Shown here in pieces: positions 6,933 through 16,851 of a DNA stretch of 44,419 nt. The stretch lies in UHGV virus genome UHGV-0307437, one strand, 5' to 3'. The notes under the pieces were generated by a model. That model saw only the letters and a program-made list of their open reading frames with translations. It searched no databases and was not told where the DNA came from. Every line of letters begins with the position of its first letter. Within the stretch, counting starts at the first letter, position 1. Origin of the DNA: a virus. A program made the position numbers and the translations under genes.

Positions 6933-8428
6933 GTAAGAAACTATTGCCAAGATTTTTACTTAGAGATTTCCAACAATATGTTATGCAACAGTTCTTATTA
7001 CCAGAAGCAAGAATAGCTCTTACTGCTGCTAGAGGAGCTGGTAAGGACTTCACAGGTGTGATGTGTGCTAATACATTGGCAGTATGTAAACCCGGTAGTA
7101 ACATTGTCTATCTTGGTGTTAGTCTTAAGGCAGTTAAGAAGATACTTACTGCTAATGATGATAAGACAGGTAAACCAATGTTTATGGGTATTATTGATAC
7201 TGATTTACTTAAACCTACTCTTGCTGGAGATTATTTCCACAGAGAGATGAGTTGTTTCAAGTATAAGAATGGTAGTATATTATATATTGCTGGTAGTGAC
7301 CAAAATAGCGAATTAGGAACATCAGTTGATGCACTTATTATTACTGAGAGTTCTCGTATTCCTAGAGAGTCTTGGAAGTACTTAAAAGGTAACGTGAACA
7401 GAGCAAATGGTAGAATACTTGAGATTAGTACACCTTTCTATTCATCAGACTTTAACGAGCTGATAGATGGTAACTTGCCAGAATCTCAAAGATACATCAA
7501 GGTAAGAGTACCTGCTAATATATTACATAATGCTGATGGTAGTAGAGTATATCCAGATGATAAGCTAACAATGTTAAGAGCCGAATTTGACTCATCTAGT
7601 TTTGAGCAAGAATATATGTGTAGCACTGCTGTTATGAACTCATTTTCAGTACTTGGAGAGAGTTTACTTAAGGCTAGAAGAATACCTGTTAGTGACTTTA
7701 CACTAGGACAATATAGAGAGTTATATTTTAGTTTTGACTTAGGACAGTCAGACTATACTGTTATGTACACTTGTTATAGAGATGAGAAAATGGACTTTTC
7801 TGTTATTGTTAATAGAATGATAAAAAATCAGACTAATTTATCAGAATTTATTGAGGAAATACATAATCAAGTAAATAAATACTCAACTCATAAGGTTAAT
7901 ATCATATTACCTTTTGATGCTGCTCACGATATTCAAGGATATTCTGGTAAATTGAATAGGAAAAAAGAGATAGAAAAACACGTGCCATACAATTGGAGAG
8001 TTAATATCATTCAGAGAACTGATAATATCAGACTATTACAAATAACTAGGAGAGTATTAGAAACTAGTAGGCTTGGTATTATTTCCGGGGAGTTAGGAGA
8101 TGCTATTATCAAGGAATTAGCAAGTGTTAACTACAAGGAAAATAAAATAACAGGTAAACCTACTATGGAAGTTGACAAGAGAAGTGGTATTTATGAAGAC
8201 CACGTTATTGATAGTCTTAAGTACCTAGTTGCTTTCATATTTGGAGAAATGTTTGAGGAAGGATACGATAAAAACGTAAGAGATAAGATAATGAAGTCTG
8301 ATGTTGCTAGAATAACTAATGTTAATATTCCTGGATTTAGAGGAAGGGCAGTAGATAATCTTATTTCAGAGATGATGACAAGTAAATTAAAAGGAAATAG
8401 TTTTAGTAACTTCAGGGGGAATTTCTGA
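6929..8428 (+). CDS. terL: Terminase large subunit
   Basis: 499 aa. Walker-A-like AARGAGKD near the N-terminus. Position before the portal and size. Confidence 0.6.
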   Translation: MSKKLLPRFLLRDFQQYVMQQFLLPEARIALTAARGAGKDFTGVMCANTLAVCKPGSNIVYLGVSLKAVKKILTANDDKTGKPMFMGIIDTDLLKPTLAGDYFHREMSCFKYKNGSILYIAGSDQNSELGTSVDALIITESSRIPRESWKYLKGNVNRANGRILEISTPFYSSDFNELIDGNLPESQRYIKVRVPANILHNADGSRVYPDDKLTMLRAEFDSSSFEQEYMCSTAVMNSFSVLGESLLKARRIPVSDFTLGQYRELYFSFDLGQSDYTVMYTCYRDEKMDFSVIVNRMIKNQTNLSEFIEEIHNQVNKYSTHKVNIILPFDAAHDIQGYSGKLNRKKEIEKHVPYNWRVNIIQRTDNIRLLQITRRVLETSRLGIISGELGDAIIKELASVNYKENKITGKPTMEVDKRSGIYEDHVIDSLKYLVAFIFGEMFEEGYDKNVRDKIMKSDVARITNVNIPGFRGRAVDNLISEMMTSKLKGNSFSNFRGNF

Positions 8429-9174
8429 TGATTGAGAATAAATTAGTTATTGATTTAGATATGTTAGTTGAAAAAAATATAAAATCAAGTGATAGTTTAT
8501 ATCAAGTAGAGTTAAAACCTAACCTAAAAAAACTTAATTTTATAAATAATATTATTGGACAATTTTGCAAAAGAGCAATAGTTGAGAAAATAAGTAGTTA
8601 TATGGAGATTGAGAATGTTGCTAAAAAATATAAAACAAGTCGTAACCATTTAACTTATAAAAATATTTTTCATAGCAATTATCTTTATAGAAACAATATA
8701 ACTGATATTCCTCAAATGGATCTAGTTATTATTATTAGTGATGATTATGATATTAAGAAAGAACTTAGTAGATTATTAATAAATAATTTATTAAAAAACA
8801 GACATTTTGGTAAATTCACTGAAATACCTAGTGATAAGATGCCAGAAGTTGATTTAATTAAATATCCTCATTTTTTAAATAATTATCAGAATGATAGAGT
8901 GTTTTTTTATGATGGCTTTTTTATGTGTCTTAATATGATTAGTGCAATTCCTTTTCTTAGTTATATCAATTTTGGTAGTCCTAAGAACTTTTTTAAAGGA
9001 GAAGCTAATGAGTTGCTAGAATATATCCACAATACTTATGGTTACATTGGTTTTTGTTGGACCTTAAAAGGCACAGGAGCTTGGTTAAGAAGATTGTCTA
9101 AGAGGTATAAAAATAAAAAAGAATTTACAAAAGATAATATAAATTATATGATATTATCAAACAATATATTATAA
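8428..9174 (+). CDS. Hypothetical protein; very AT-rich moron inserted between TerL and portal
   Basis: Start overlaps the TerL stop. N/I/K-rich, with markedly lower GC than the flanking genes. Confidence 0.5.
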   Translation: MIENKLVIDLDMLVEKNIKSSDSLYQVELKPNLKKLNFINNIIGQFCKRAIVEKISSYMEIENVAKKYKTSRNHLTYKNIFHSNYLYRNNITDIPQMDLVIIISDDYDIKKELSRLLINNLLKNRHFGKFTEIPSDKMPEVDLIKYPHFLNNYQNDRVFFYDGFFMCLNMISAIPFLSYINFGSPKNFFKGEANELLEYIHNTYGYIGFCWTLKGTGAWLRRLSKRYKNKKEFTKDNINYMILSNNIL

Positions 9175-9186
9175 GGAGGTATTACT

Positions 9187-9504
9187 ATGGGAAATCCTAT
9201 CAAAGAAATTTCAAAAATACCAGGTAAATTGGTAGAGAGTGTTGGTAATGTTGCTGGTGGTTTAGTTGATGGAGTATTAGGAACTAATATCACAGGAATG
9301 AATAAAATGCCAGAAATGAATGTTGATGTTGAGAAAGCTGACCCTAGCTTATCTACACCTACCACGCCAGAAAATAGTCCTACTCAAATAGGAACAGGAG
9401 ATACTACTGATACAGGACTTGGAGATATTGCTAGTATATTCAATACTCTTACTAAGCAAGAAGATGAGTGGGATAAGTTCTTAGGTAGATACTCTAAGAA
9501 ATAG
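9187..9504 (+). CDS. Hypothetical protein (Gly/Thr/Pro-rich)
   Basis: RBS GGAGGT. Confidence 0.45.
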   Translation: MGNPIKEISKIPGKLVESVGNVAGGLVDGVLGTNITGMNKMPEMNVDVEKADPSLSTPTTPENSPTQIGTGDTTDTGLGDIASIFNTLTKQEDEWDKFLGRYSKK

Positions 9505-9515
9505 GAGGTGTTATT

Positions 9516-11060
9516 GTGCTTAATAATTTAGAACATTATCAAGAACTTTATAAGGCTTGTGTTGCCGAAAAACAAGCTATCATTCCACAATATAATCAGA
9601 TAATGGAATACACTTTACCTTTTGGACATGCTGATACAATAGCATTGCCAGAGGATTTTATCAATAGGACCATAAATTCAGAGATAAGAGATGCTTGTAA
9701 TTCTTTTAAAAATTTTGTTATTTATGCACTATTTGGTGTTGAAACTGATTGGGCAGAGAGTGATGTTATTATTCCTCTAGTTAGACAGAATAGAAAATTT
9801 ACAGGGGAAGCATTAGAGGAAACAGTTAAGAAATTGAGAAAAACTTTAGAATCTCAAACCAAAGATACTTTTGAGTATTTAAGAAATACTAACTACAAAC
9901 AAGAGATTGGTAGAGGTATTTATGATTGGGGAGAACTTGGAACAGCTTGTTATAGAATAAATGAATTAAGTTCTGATGCAGACCCTTTTAACTTTAAATA
10001 TATTCCTATCAATGAGTTATTGTTTATGGAAGATTATAGAGGAGAACCTAATATAGTCTTTAGAAAAGTTTATAATAAAAAACCTAGTGAAATAGTTCAG
10101 ATATTTCCTGGAGCTAATATTGGAAGTTTAGAAGAAGATAATAAATTTACTTTTACTGAATGTGTTGTACCTTTTAATGAGAATGGAGTTCAAAAATTTG
10201 AGTGGTTATTATTTGATGATAGTATAGCAGAAGTATATGATGAGAGAATATATGACTATAACCCTTTCACAGTATTTAGATTTAGCGTTGTACCTCAATC
10301 TAGCTGGGGAATGGGAATAGGTGCGGTTGCTTTAGATTGTTACCAAAGATTAGTATTCTATGAGAATCTAAGAGCTAGACAAGCACTAAGAATAGTTGAC
10401 CCACCATTACTATTGTATGGAGATAAGAGATTAGTAGAAGCTTTTGACCTAACACCCAATGGTTTAAACTGGGGAGGAGATGGACTAAGTGTTAAGGCTG
10501 GAGTAACTCCTATCAATACCACAGGTACTCTATTACCTACTGAAAAGGATATTGATAGACTTACAGCAACTATACAGGCATTACACTTCAATAACCCTTT
10601 TGGAAGTGCTGAAAACAAGACTACAAGGGCTACTGACGAGATACAATATAGAATGAATTTATTACAACAAAAATTTGACGATGCAGTAACTAACTTATTC
10701 AAAGAAGTGTTAATTCCTACTTTCTACAAACCTAGAGCAATATTACTTGCTAAAGATTTACTAGAAAAGATAGATGATAACAAATACTTCAAGGCAAGAT
10801 TTATCAATGCACTTACTAAGAGTGTTGATATGCAAAAAATAGAAGGTATAGTCAATATGGTGCAAATATCACAAGATATTTTTCCTCAAGATGCTTTCTT
10901 TATATTCAACACTGATAAGACTATTGAGTATATGGCTGATAAGTTAAGAATAGATACTGAATTATTGCTAACTAATCAAGAGAGAGAAGCAAGTAAGCAA
11001 AGTGCAGTTGCTAGTAGTTTACAAGCTCAACAAATGTTAGGAGGAACTAATGGACAATAA
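9516..11060 (+). CDS. Portal protein (GTG start)
   Basis: 514 aa. Strong RBS AGGAGG before the GTG. Position after the terminase. Confidence 0.5.
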   Translation: MLNNLEHYQELYKACVAEKQAIIPQYNQIMEYTLPFGHADTIALPEDFINRTINSEIRDACNSFKNFVIYALFGVETDWAESDVIIPLVRQNRKFTGEALEETVKKLRKTLESQTKDTFEYLRNTNYKQEIGRGIYDWGELGTACYRINELSSDADPFNFKYIPINELLFMEDYRGEPNIVFRKVYNKKPSEIVQIFPGANIGSLEEDNKFTFTECVVPFNENGVQKFEWLLFDDSIAEVYDERIYDYNPFTVFRFSVVPQSSWGMGIGAVALDCYQRLVFYENLRARQALRIVDPPLLLYGDKRLVEAFDLTPNGLNWGGDGLSVKAGVTPINTTGTLLPTEKDIDRLTATIQALHFNNPFGSAENKTTRATDEIQYRMNLLQQKFDDAVTNLFKEVLIPTFYKPRAILLAKDLLEKIDDNKYFKARFINALTKSVDMQKIEGIVNMVQISQDIFPQDAFFIFNTDKTIEYMADKLRIDTELLLTNQEREASKQSAVASSLQAQQMLGGTNGQ

Positions 11061-11379
11061 GTTGCTTGAAGAAATAAAAAAAGAAAATGAAGGATATTAT
11101 GATGAGAACTTAAATACAGTTTTATCAGTAAATAAAGAATACAAAAAACTATTGCAAATGTTTTGTGATAATAAAGAGTTGCAAAATCTAATAAATTATT
11201 GTATTATGGATATAAAAGAAGGAGAGGAAATGTATTATGTTGAAAATGGACAATATCCAAGCAAAAGAGATAGTCTAATGAAACTTAAGTATGATTTGGA
11301 ACTAACTAGAAAAGCTAGAATAATACACGAACTCAACACAAAGAAAATAGAAAAGGAGGATAAAAATGAGAAAGTTTAA
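11050..11379 (+). CDS. Hypothetical head-morphogenesis protein
   Basis: RBS; lies between portal and scaffold. Confidence 0.4.
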   Translation: MDNKLLEEIKKENEGYYDENLNTVLSVNKEYKKLLQMFCDNKELQNLINYCIMDIKEGEEMYYVENGQYPSKRDSLMKLKYDLELTRKARIIHELNTKKIEKEDKNEKV

Positions 11380-12190
11380 GTTGAATATTCAACTGTTTGC
11401 TGAAGGAGATACACCTCAACCACCTGTTGATGTACAAACTCCAGATACTCCACCAACTCAAGAAGTAGATACTCTACCAGTTGATACACCTCAATTAGAA
11501 GAAGTAGATACTCCAGAGCAAGAAAAAAAGGAAGAAGTAAAAGAAGAAGAGAAACCTTTCAATCCAGATGATATGGATTTCACAGAGCCAGAAAAGGAAG
11601 TTGACTTAACACCTTATGAAATTCTAAAAGAAAAAGGAATAGACATAGAAGCACCTCAATTTAAAGCTAATGTATCTTTACTTGAGGAATGTGGAATGAC
11701 AGACCCAGAAATGATTAGTAACTTCTTACTTAAAGTTCAAGAGAAACAAGCTGAAATGAGTAAGCAACCTACTGCTAAGGAAATACAAGAGAACTTAAGA
11801 AAGAACTTGACTAAGGAAGAACAAGCTCAATATAAAGCTATTGGCAATATGTTTAAAACTATATTCAATAATGACCCAGAAGCTATGGCACTTATTAATA
11901 GAGATGTTATGAGTAACCCAGCTATGATAAAGATAGTGAACGAGATGAGAAAGTACTACACTGGAAATAATAAGAATCCAGAGCCTAAAAATAATGCTGC
12001 TATGGTTAAGAAAGATACTGCTAACACTTCTTTTGAAGATGCAGTTAATGAGGTTAATGCTAAGATAGCTGCTAAGTTGAGAGAGAATAAAAATATTACT
12101 CCTCAAGAAAAGCAAGCTATTAGAAGTGAGATTAGACAAAAGGTTAAATCATCTGATATTCAGAGATTTGATAACTATTTTAATTATTAA
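11366..12190 (+). CDS. Scaffolding protein (acidic, with a tandem VDTP(Q/E) repeat N-terminus)
   Basis: Immediately upstream of the capsid gene. Glu/Pro-rich low-complexity region plus helical region. Confidence 0.45.
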   Translation: MRKFKLNIQLFAEGDTPQPPVDVQTPDTPPTQEVDTLPVDTPQLEEVDTPEQEKKEEVKEEEKPFNPDDMDFTEPEKEVDLTPYEILKEKGIDIEAPQFKANVSLLEECGMTDPEMISNFLLKVQEKQAEMSKQPTAKEIQENLRKNLTKEEQAQYKAIGNMFKTIFNNDPEAMALINRDVMSNPAMIKIVNEMRKYYTGNNKNPEPKNNAAMVKKDTANTSFEDAVNEVNAKIAAKLRENKNITPQEKQAIRSEIRQKVKSSDIQRFDNYFNY

Positions 12191-12201
12191 GGAGGTTAGA
12201 T

Positions 12202-13212
12202 ATGGCTAACAAAGGACAATGGGTAGAGTCTGGTACTCAACTCGAAAAAGAATTTGACAGAACTATTAAGCCTATGCTACAAGCTAGTGTAGGTGGAAGA
12301 TTTAGACAACATTGTGACTTTGAGGTAATTCAAGGCGAGTCTAAAGTAATGACATTCGGAACAGCAGGTAACTATGAGAGAAATGCACCTAATATGTATG
12401 TTTCTCCAAAACCAAAAGGTACTGCTGGTGGAACTAGAACATTCGAGATTTCTCCACACCCACTATATGGACACGAAACTCTTAACTATGAGCAAAGACA
12501 GTCTTTAATGGCTAATGGTGGAATAAATGAGAAAACTTGGTTTATGACTACTTTAGTAGAAGCATTAGATATAGGAGAGGACATTGAGATTGTTAAGGCT
12601 ATGGAAGATGCAGAACCATTATTACCAGCTATTAATAAAGTTGGAGATGTTTCTTTACCTTTATACCATCCTAAAAACTTAAGAATGTTTAAAGCTGCTT
12701 TAGTATATGCTAGAGGAAGATTTAAAGGTAAGAAAGTTAAAGGAGATTATGGAGCTTGGTGTATTATCCATCACTTAGATTGGTCTAAGATTGAGTTATT
12801 AGCTGGAGGAGAAGCAATATTTGCTGACAAAGATTACCAACATATGACAGGAATAAATGGTATGACATTTACTACTGTTTGTGGAGTTGCTATTGAAGAA
12901 GTAGAGGACTTAGATAGAAACTATGGAGAAGGTAGTGGAAGAAACTACTATGTTAAACCAGGAACTATGTGGATATGTACACTAGACAACATTAAGGTTG
13001 TTTCTTGGGAAGGTAGTGTAAGAAGTTCTTCTAAAGAGGACTTACTAAATGAAGATACATTCGCTATGGTTGTTTCTAAATCTGTTGGTGCTAGAGTAAT
13101 CAATCCATTAGGACTATGGAAATTCAGTGCTAAACCAGAAACTACATTAGCTTATGAGGAAGTATTCTTAGGAGAATCTAAAAACCCTGTTAATACAAAG
13201 GCTAGTGCCTGA
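12202..13212 (+). CDS. Major capsid protein
   Basis: 336 aa, follows the scaffold gene. A strong terminator lies downstream of the next small gene. Confidence 0.5.
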   Translation: MANKGQWVESGTQLEKEFDRTIKPMLQASVGGRFRQHCDFEVIQGESKVMTFGTAGNYERNAPNMYVSPKPKGTAGGTRTFEISPHPLYGHETLNYEQRQSLMANGGINEKTWFMTTLVEALDIGEDIEIVKAMEDAEPLLPAINKVGDVSLPLYHPKNLRMFKAALVYARGRFKGKKVKGDYGAWCIIHHLDWSKIELLAGGEAIFADKDYQHMTGINGMTFTTVCGVAIEEVEDLDRNYGEGSGRNYYVKPGTMWICTLDNIKVVSWEGSVRSSSKEDLLNEDTFAMVVSKSVGARVINPLGLWKFSAKPETTLAYEEVFLGESKNPVNTKASA

Positions 13213-13317
13213 CACAGCAGCAGCAACAGTCGGTTTATTCTCATCAACAATGAACTTTGATGATATGGTTGATTTAAAACCTAAAGCTAAATCTAAAACT
13301 AAATAGGAGGTAATAAT

Positions 13318-13551
13318 ATGGGAAAATATAGAGAAGTCCAAAATCTTAATATGCCTGTTAAACTACCAACTGGTGCTTATATGGTAACTATGGATATCAA
13401 TCCTGGAGCAGAGAGTGGAGAGCAATTATATGCAACAGTAGAAAAAGATGATGGAACTAAGATAATATTTAAAGGAGATATACCAGAGTTCTCTGGTCTT
13501 GATGCTGGACCTTTAGTGCTTAATATTTCTTTAACTAAAGTAGGTTCATAA
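13318..13551 (+). CDS. Small head protein (decoration or minor capsid?)
   Basis: RBS AGGAGGT; follows the capsid gene. Confidence 0.35.
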   Translation: MGKYREVQNLNMPVKLPTGAYMVTMDINPGAESGEQLYATVEKDDGTKIIFKGDIPEFSGLDAGPLVLNISLTKVGS

Positions 13552-13555
13552 AATA

Positions 13556-13580
13556 AGGTGGGGAAACCCACCTATTTTTA
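13556..13580 (+). terminator. Terminator AGGTGGG-gaaa-CCCACCT + T-run
   Basis: 7-bp GC-rich stem, tetraloop, T5. Confidence 0.65.
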
Positions 13581-13595
13581 TACAAAGGAGGAATT

Positions 13596-16500
13596 ATGGC
13601 AGGATATAAAAATGGTAAGATAATGTTACCTATTAAGGAATTTTTAATTGTTAAAGGACAAGTAACTTATGAACTCAATACAATAGATATGACTAAAGTA
13701 ACAGTGTTTTACAGAAAATATAATCAAGAAGCTTTCTTAGAAACTTATAGTGAAATGCCTAAGGGAGATTATAGAATTAATGAGGTTGGTGGAAATAAGC
13801 AACTAGAGATAACTAACCTAGATATATTAGATGAGTATTATTCAATACAATTAGCTAGAGTAGTTGACTTAACTTCTTCTCCATACAGTCCTAGTGGACA
13901 GATAGATGTAATTACTCTTAATCAACACTTAAATGAGGTAATAGCTGATGTCACTTTCTTATTTACTTATCTTAAAGATGTTGGTATGGTAATGGATAGT
14001 GTTAGTGGTAATAAGATACTAGCCGAATTAAAACCATATACTACTTGGTATATGGATAAAGACGGTAATATGGCTGCTATGCCTGTTGATAGCCTGTTTG
14101 AGAAGTTTAATGACTTAGTACAAGAGTTAAGACAAGAAGTTCTAAAACTACTAGAGCAAGACTTAGAAGTAGCTGAAAGAGAGTTACTAGAAGAAGTTAA
14201 AAGACAATTAGATGAGTATGTGGAAACTGATTTAAAACAAAGATTAGACGATTATACTACTCAACTAGAAGAAAGATTACAAGCTATGATAGACCAAGCA
14301 GTTGCAGATAAAGGTTTAATGCCAGAGGGTAGTGACTGGCTTGAGATAGGTTTAGGTAACTGGTTAGTAGTAGATTTATTTAATAAAAATTATATTCATT
14401 ATCCACCTCAACTTAACTCATCAGATAATGCAGGAGTTGTTAAAAAAGATATTACTGATGGTGGAAACTCTCAAGTAATTAGATATTATACTACAACAGG
14501 AAAGATGTTATTTGCTGTAAGAGTAAATGAAGTATGGAGTGAATGGCAAGAATTAGGAGAACAAACTGACACAACGCAATTTACTCAAGCTAATCATGGA
14601 TTTGTATTTACTGCTGTTACTTTAGACGGAGCAACTAGAAAATGGGTAAAAGCAAATAAATATACAAGTGCTGATGGAATAGCAATTAAAATAGATAACG
14701 ACAGATTTGACGTTGTTACTAGAGGTGTAGTAAATATACCTACAAGTGCTAGAGATGATAAAGGAGAGCCTTTCGTTTATGATGAATATTATTTCTTATC
14801 TCAAGAAGTAGATGGTGGTTTCTCGAGAACTAAGAATGAAACAGGAACTTTCCAATACTTAGCTCATATATCTGAAATAGATGGAAAGCAAGTTGCTTAT
14901 ATAGATATAGGAGATAGTTACGACTTAGATTATGAGGTTGTTGATGTTGAAACTGCTGATAGAGTAGGAATAGGAACTTATAAAACTACACTAAGAACTG
15001 CTGATACTATTGAAGATTTGAAAAGATTAAATCTTAAAGAGGGAGATGTAGTTGAGGTTTTAGGTTACTATTTTAAAGGAGATGGAGCTAATCATAAAAG
15101 AAAGATTGAGAGTGAAGATGATGGTAGCGGAGTTTTATTAAATAATGGACTATGGGCTAACATAGTTCATAATGGAAAAGTAAACGTATCTTGGTTTGGT
15201 ACAAAATCAAATGCGATATTAGAAGAATATACTTGGGAAAATTATGATGGATTTGATAATAGTGTATTAATAGTTAAATGTTACGAGTTTTGTTTAAATA
15301 ACAAATGTATAATGAATATATATCAATGTGGAGATATGGCTATATTGAAACCAATAGTTTTTATAGGTCAAGGTATTACTATTAATTGCGACCAGAACTC
15401 GAAAATAATAAAAACAAATGAGGTTAAAACTAATTTAGGAGATAAAACTTTTGGTGGCGGAACTTTAAATTTTGATATAGATGTACCTTTATTATGGATA
15501 CCTAATAAGGAAATGACAAGTTACGTATATGAAATTAATATAAATGGTTTAAATATACACGGGATAAACACTCAAGAAATGGCTATCTACATTCCTAAAA
15601 TGGCTAGATATACAATAAATAATGTTACTTGCCAATGGGTTAAAAGAGGTATTGTATTTAATGATGGGTGGTTAGGTAGAATATACGGGCTGACAGGAAA
15701 TCAACTGCAAGGAGCATTGATAAAAACTTACGTTCCAACAGGTAGCTCTGGTGGTTGCGGAACTTCAAACATTATAGAAAGATGTTGGGTAAATACGATA
15801 AATGGAAATACTAAAGACAGAGGAGCCTATGAATTATATGGTTTAGCATATTCAACTGTTATTTCTTGTGCTTCTGACCACATTTATAATTTACCTCACG
15901 TATATTTCACTCAATTAAGCGATATCACATTTATTAATTGTGGCTCTGAAGATATTAATGTATTAGCACCAATAGGAAACTCTGGAGGAAGTGTTAGATA
16001 TATAGGAGGTAGTCATACACCTATAAACACAGTAGATGATGGGAAAAGTGAATACACTTACTTGAGAGTATATAATGGTGATGTAGATATAAAAAACGTT
16101 TCCTTTGGGACAATGAATATAGATAGCAGTAGATTATATAAGGTTTATTTACAAGATAGTGGAATAACTAAGGTAGAAAATTGTAATGGAATGAATGGTA
16201 GATATGTTATACAAGGAACACAACAGTATATGGAAATGGTTGGTAATGATATATATTATGGAGATAGTACTAATAATTTAGGTAAAATAAATAAATATCT
16301 AAAAGATAAAAACACTACTACTATTAATGGGATTAGAATAAAAACTCAAGATGACAGAGGAACTGATGTAGATAATCAAAAAGGTATTACAGGTGCTTGG
16401 ATAAGCCCTTTAAATTTAGATTATCAAGTTGTTCACCAATTAAATTCTCCTAATGAACATTACAACCTACAATTCAAATACCACAGCAACGGGCAAGGTA

Positions 16501-16841
16501 GTTTGTCGTATAGATTGAGAGGAGAGAGTGGTTGGGGAGAATGGAAAACTATTCAAGAAAAAACTGTTGCAACAACACTAAATACTCCAGCTATGCAATA
16601 TGCTATGGAATTAGAGGGGGTTAAACAAGATTATTTAAAATATTCACTAGAGAAATTTAAGTACGATAAACAACTAGAAGCAGAAGAGAAAGCTAAATAC
16701 GAAGCATATCAACAAGCTTTAACAAATAACCCTAACTTAACTTATGAGGAATTTATAGCAAGTTATCCTATGATGTTATCTGTTAGACAAGAACCTACTA
16801 TTCCTCAATCAGTTCAAGAGTTTATGAAAAAATATTTATAA
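13596..16841 (+). CDS. Tail fibre/spike protein (1081 aa): N-terminal anchor + coiled coil, internal pectate-lyase-like β-helix, shared C-terminal module
   Basis: An internal segment (about 15034-15215) is homologous to the N-terminus of the next gene. The C-terminal 60 aa are homologous to the C-terminus of 18455..19069. Confidence 0.55.
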   Translation: MAGYKNGKIMLPIKEFLIVKGQVTYELNTIDMTKVTVFYRKYNQEAFLETYSEMPKGDYRINEVGGNKQLEITNLDILDEYYSIQLARVVDLTSSPYSPSGQIDVITLNQHLNEVIADVTFLFTYLKDVGMVMDSVSGNKILAELKPYTTWYMDKDGNMAAMPVDSLFEKFNDLVQELRQEVLKLLEQDLEVAERELLEEVKRQLDEYVETDLKQRLDDYTTQLEERLQAMIDQAVADKGLMPEGSDWLEIGLGNWLVVDLFNKNYIHYPPQLNSSDNAGVVKKDITDGGNSQVIRYYTTTGKMLFAVRVNEVWSEWQELGEQTDTTQFTQANHGFVFTAVTLDGATRKWVKANKYTSADGIAIKIDNDRFDVVTRGVVNIPTSARDDKGEPFVYDEYYFLSQEVDGGFSRTKNETGTFQYLAHISEIDGKQVAYIDIGDSYDLDYEVVDVETADRVGIGTYKTTLRTADTIEDLKRLNLKEGDVVEVLGYYFKGDGANHKRKIESEDDGSGVLLNNGLWANIVHNGKVNVSWFGTKSNAILEEYTWENYDGFDNSVLIVKCYEFCLNNKCIMNIYQCGDMAILKPIVFIGQGITINCDQNSKIIKTNEVKTNLGDKTFGGGTLNFDIDVPLLWIPNKEMTSYVYEININGLNIHGINTQEMAIYIPKMARYTINNVTCQWVKRGIVFNDGWLGRIYGLTGNQLQGALIKTYVPTGSSGGCGTSNIIERCWVNTINGNTKDRGAYELYGLAYSTVISCASDHIYNLPHVYFTQLSDITFINCGSEDINVLAPIGNSGGSVRYIGGSHTPINTVDDGKSEYTYLRVYNGDVDIKNVSFGTMNIDSSRLYKVYLQDSGITKVENCNGMNGRYVIQGTQQYMEMVGNDIYYGDSTNNLGKINKYLKDKNTTTINGIRIKTQDDRGTDVDNQKGITGAWISPLNLDYQVVHQLNSPNEHYNLQFKYHSNGQGSLSYRLRGESGWGEWKTIQEKTVATTLNTPAMQYAMELEGVKQDYLKYSLEKFKYDKQLEAEEKAKYEAYQQALTNNPNLTYEEFIASYPMMLSVRQEPTIPQSVQEFMKKYL

Positions 16842-16851
16842 GGAGGATATA

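Noticed and set aside
13213-13310. Possible frameshift or readthrough extension of the major capsid gene (+1 frame reads TAAATVGLFSSTMNFDDMVDLKPKAKSKTK)
   Set aside because: No slippery sequence or stimulatory structure is evident. The extension is short and is also compatible with the RBS-spacer region of the next gene.
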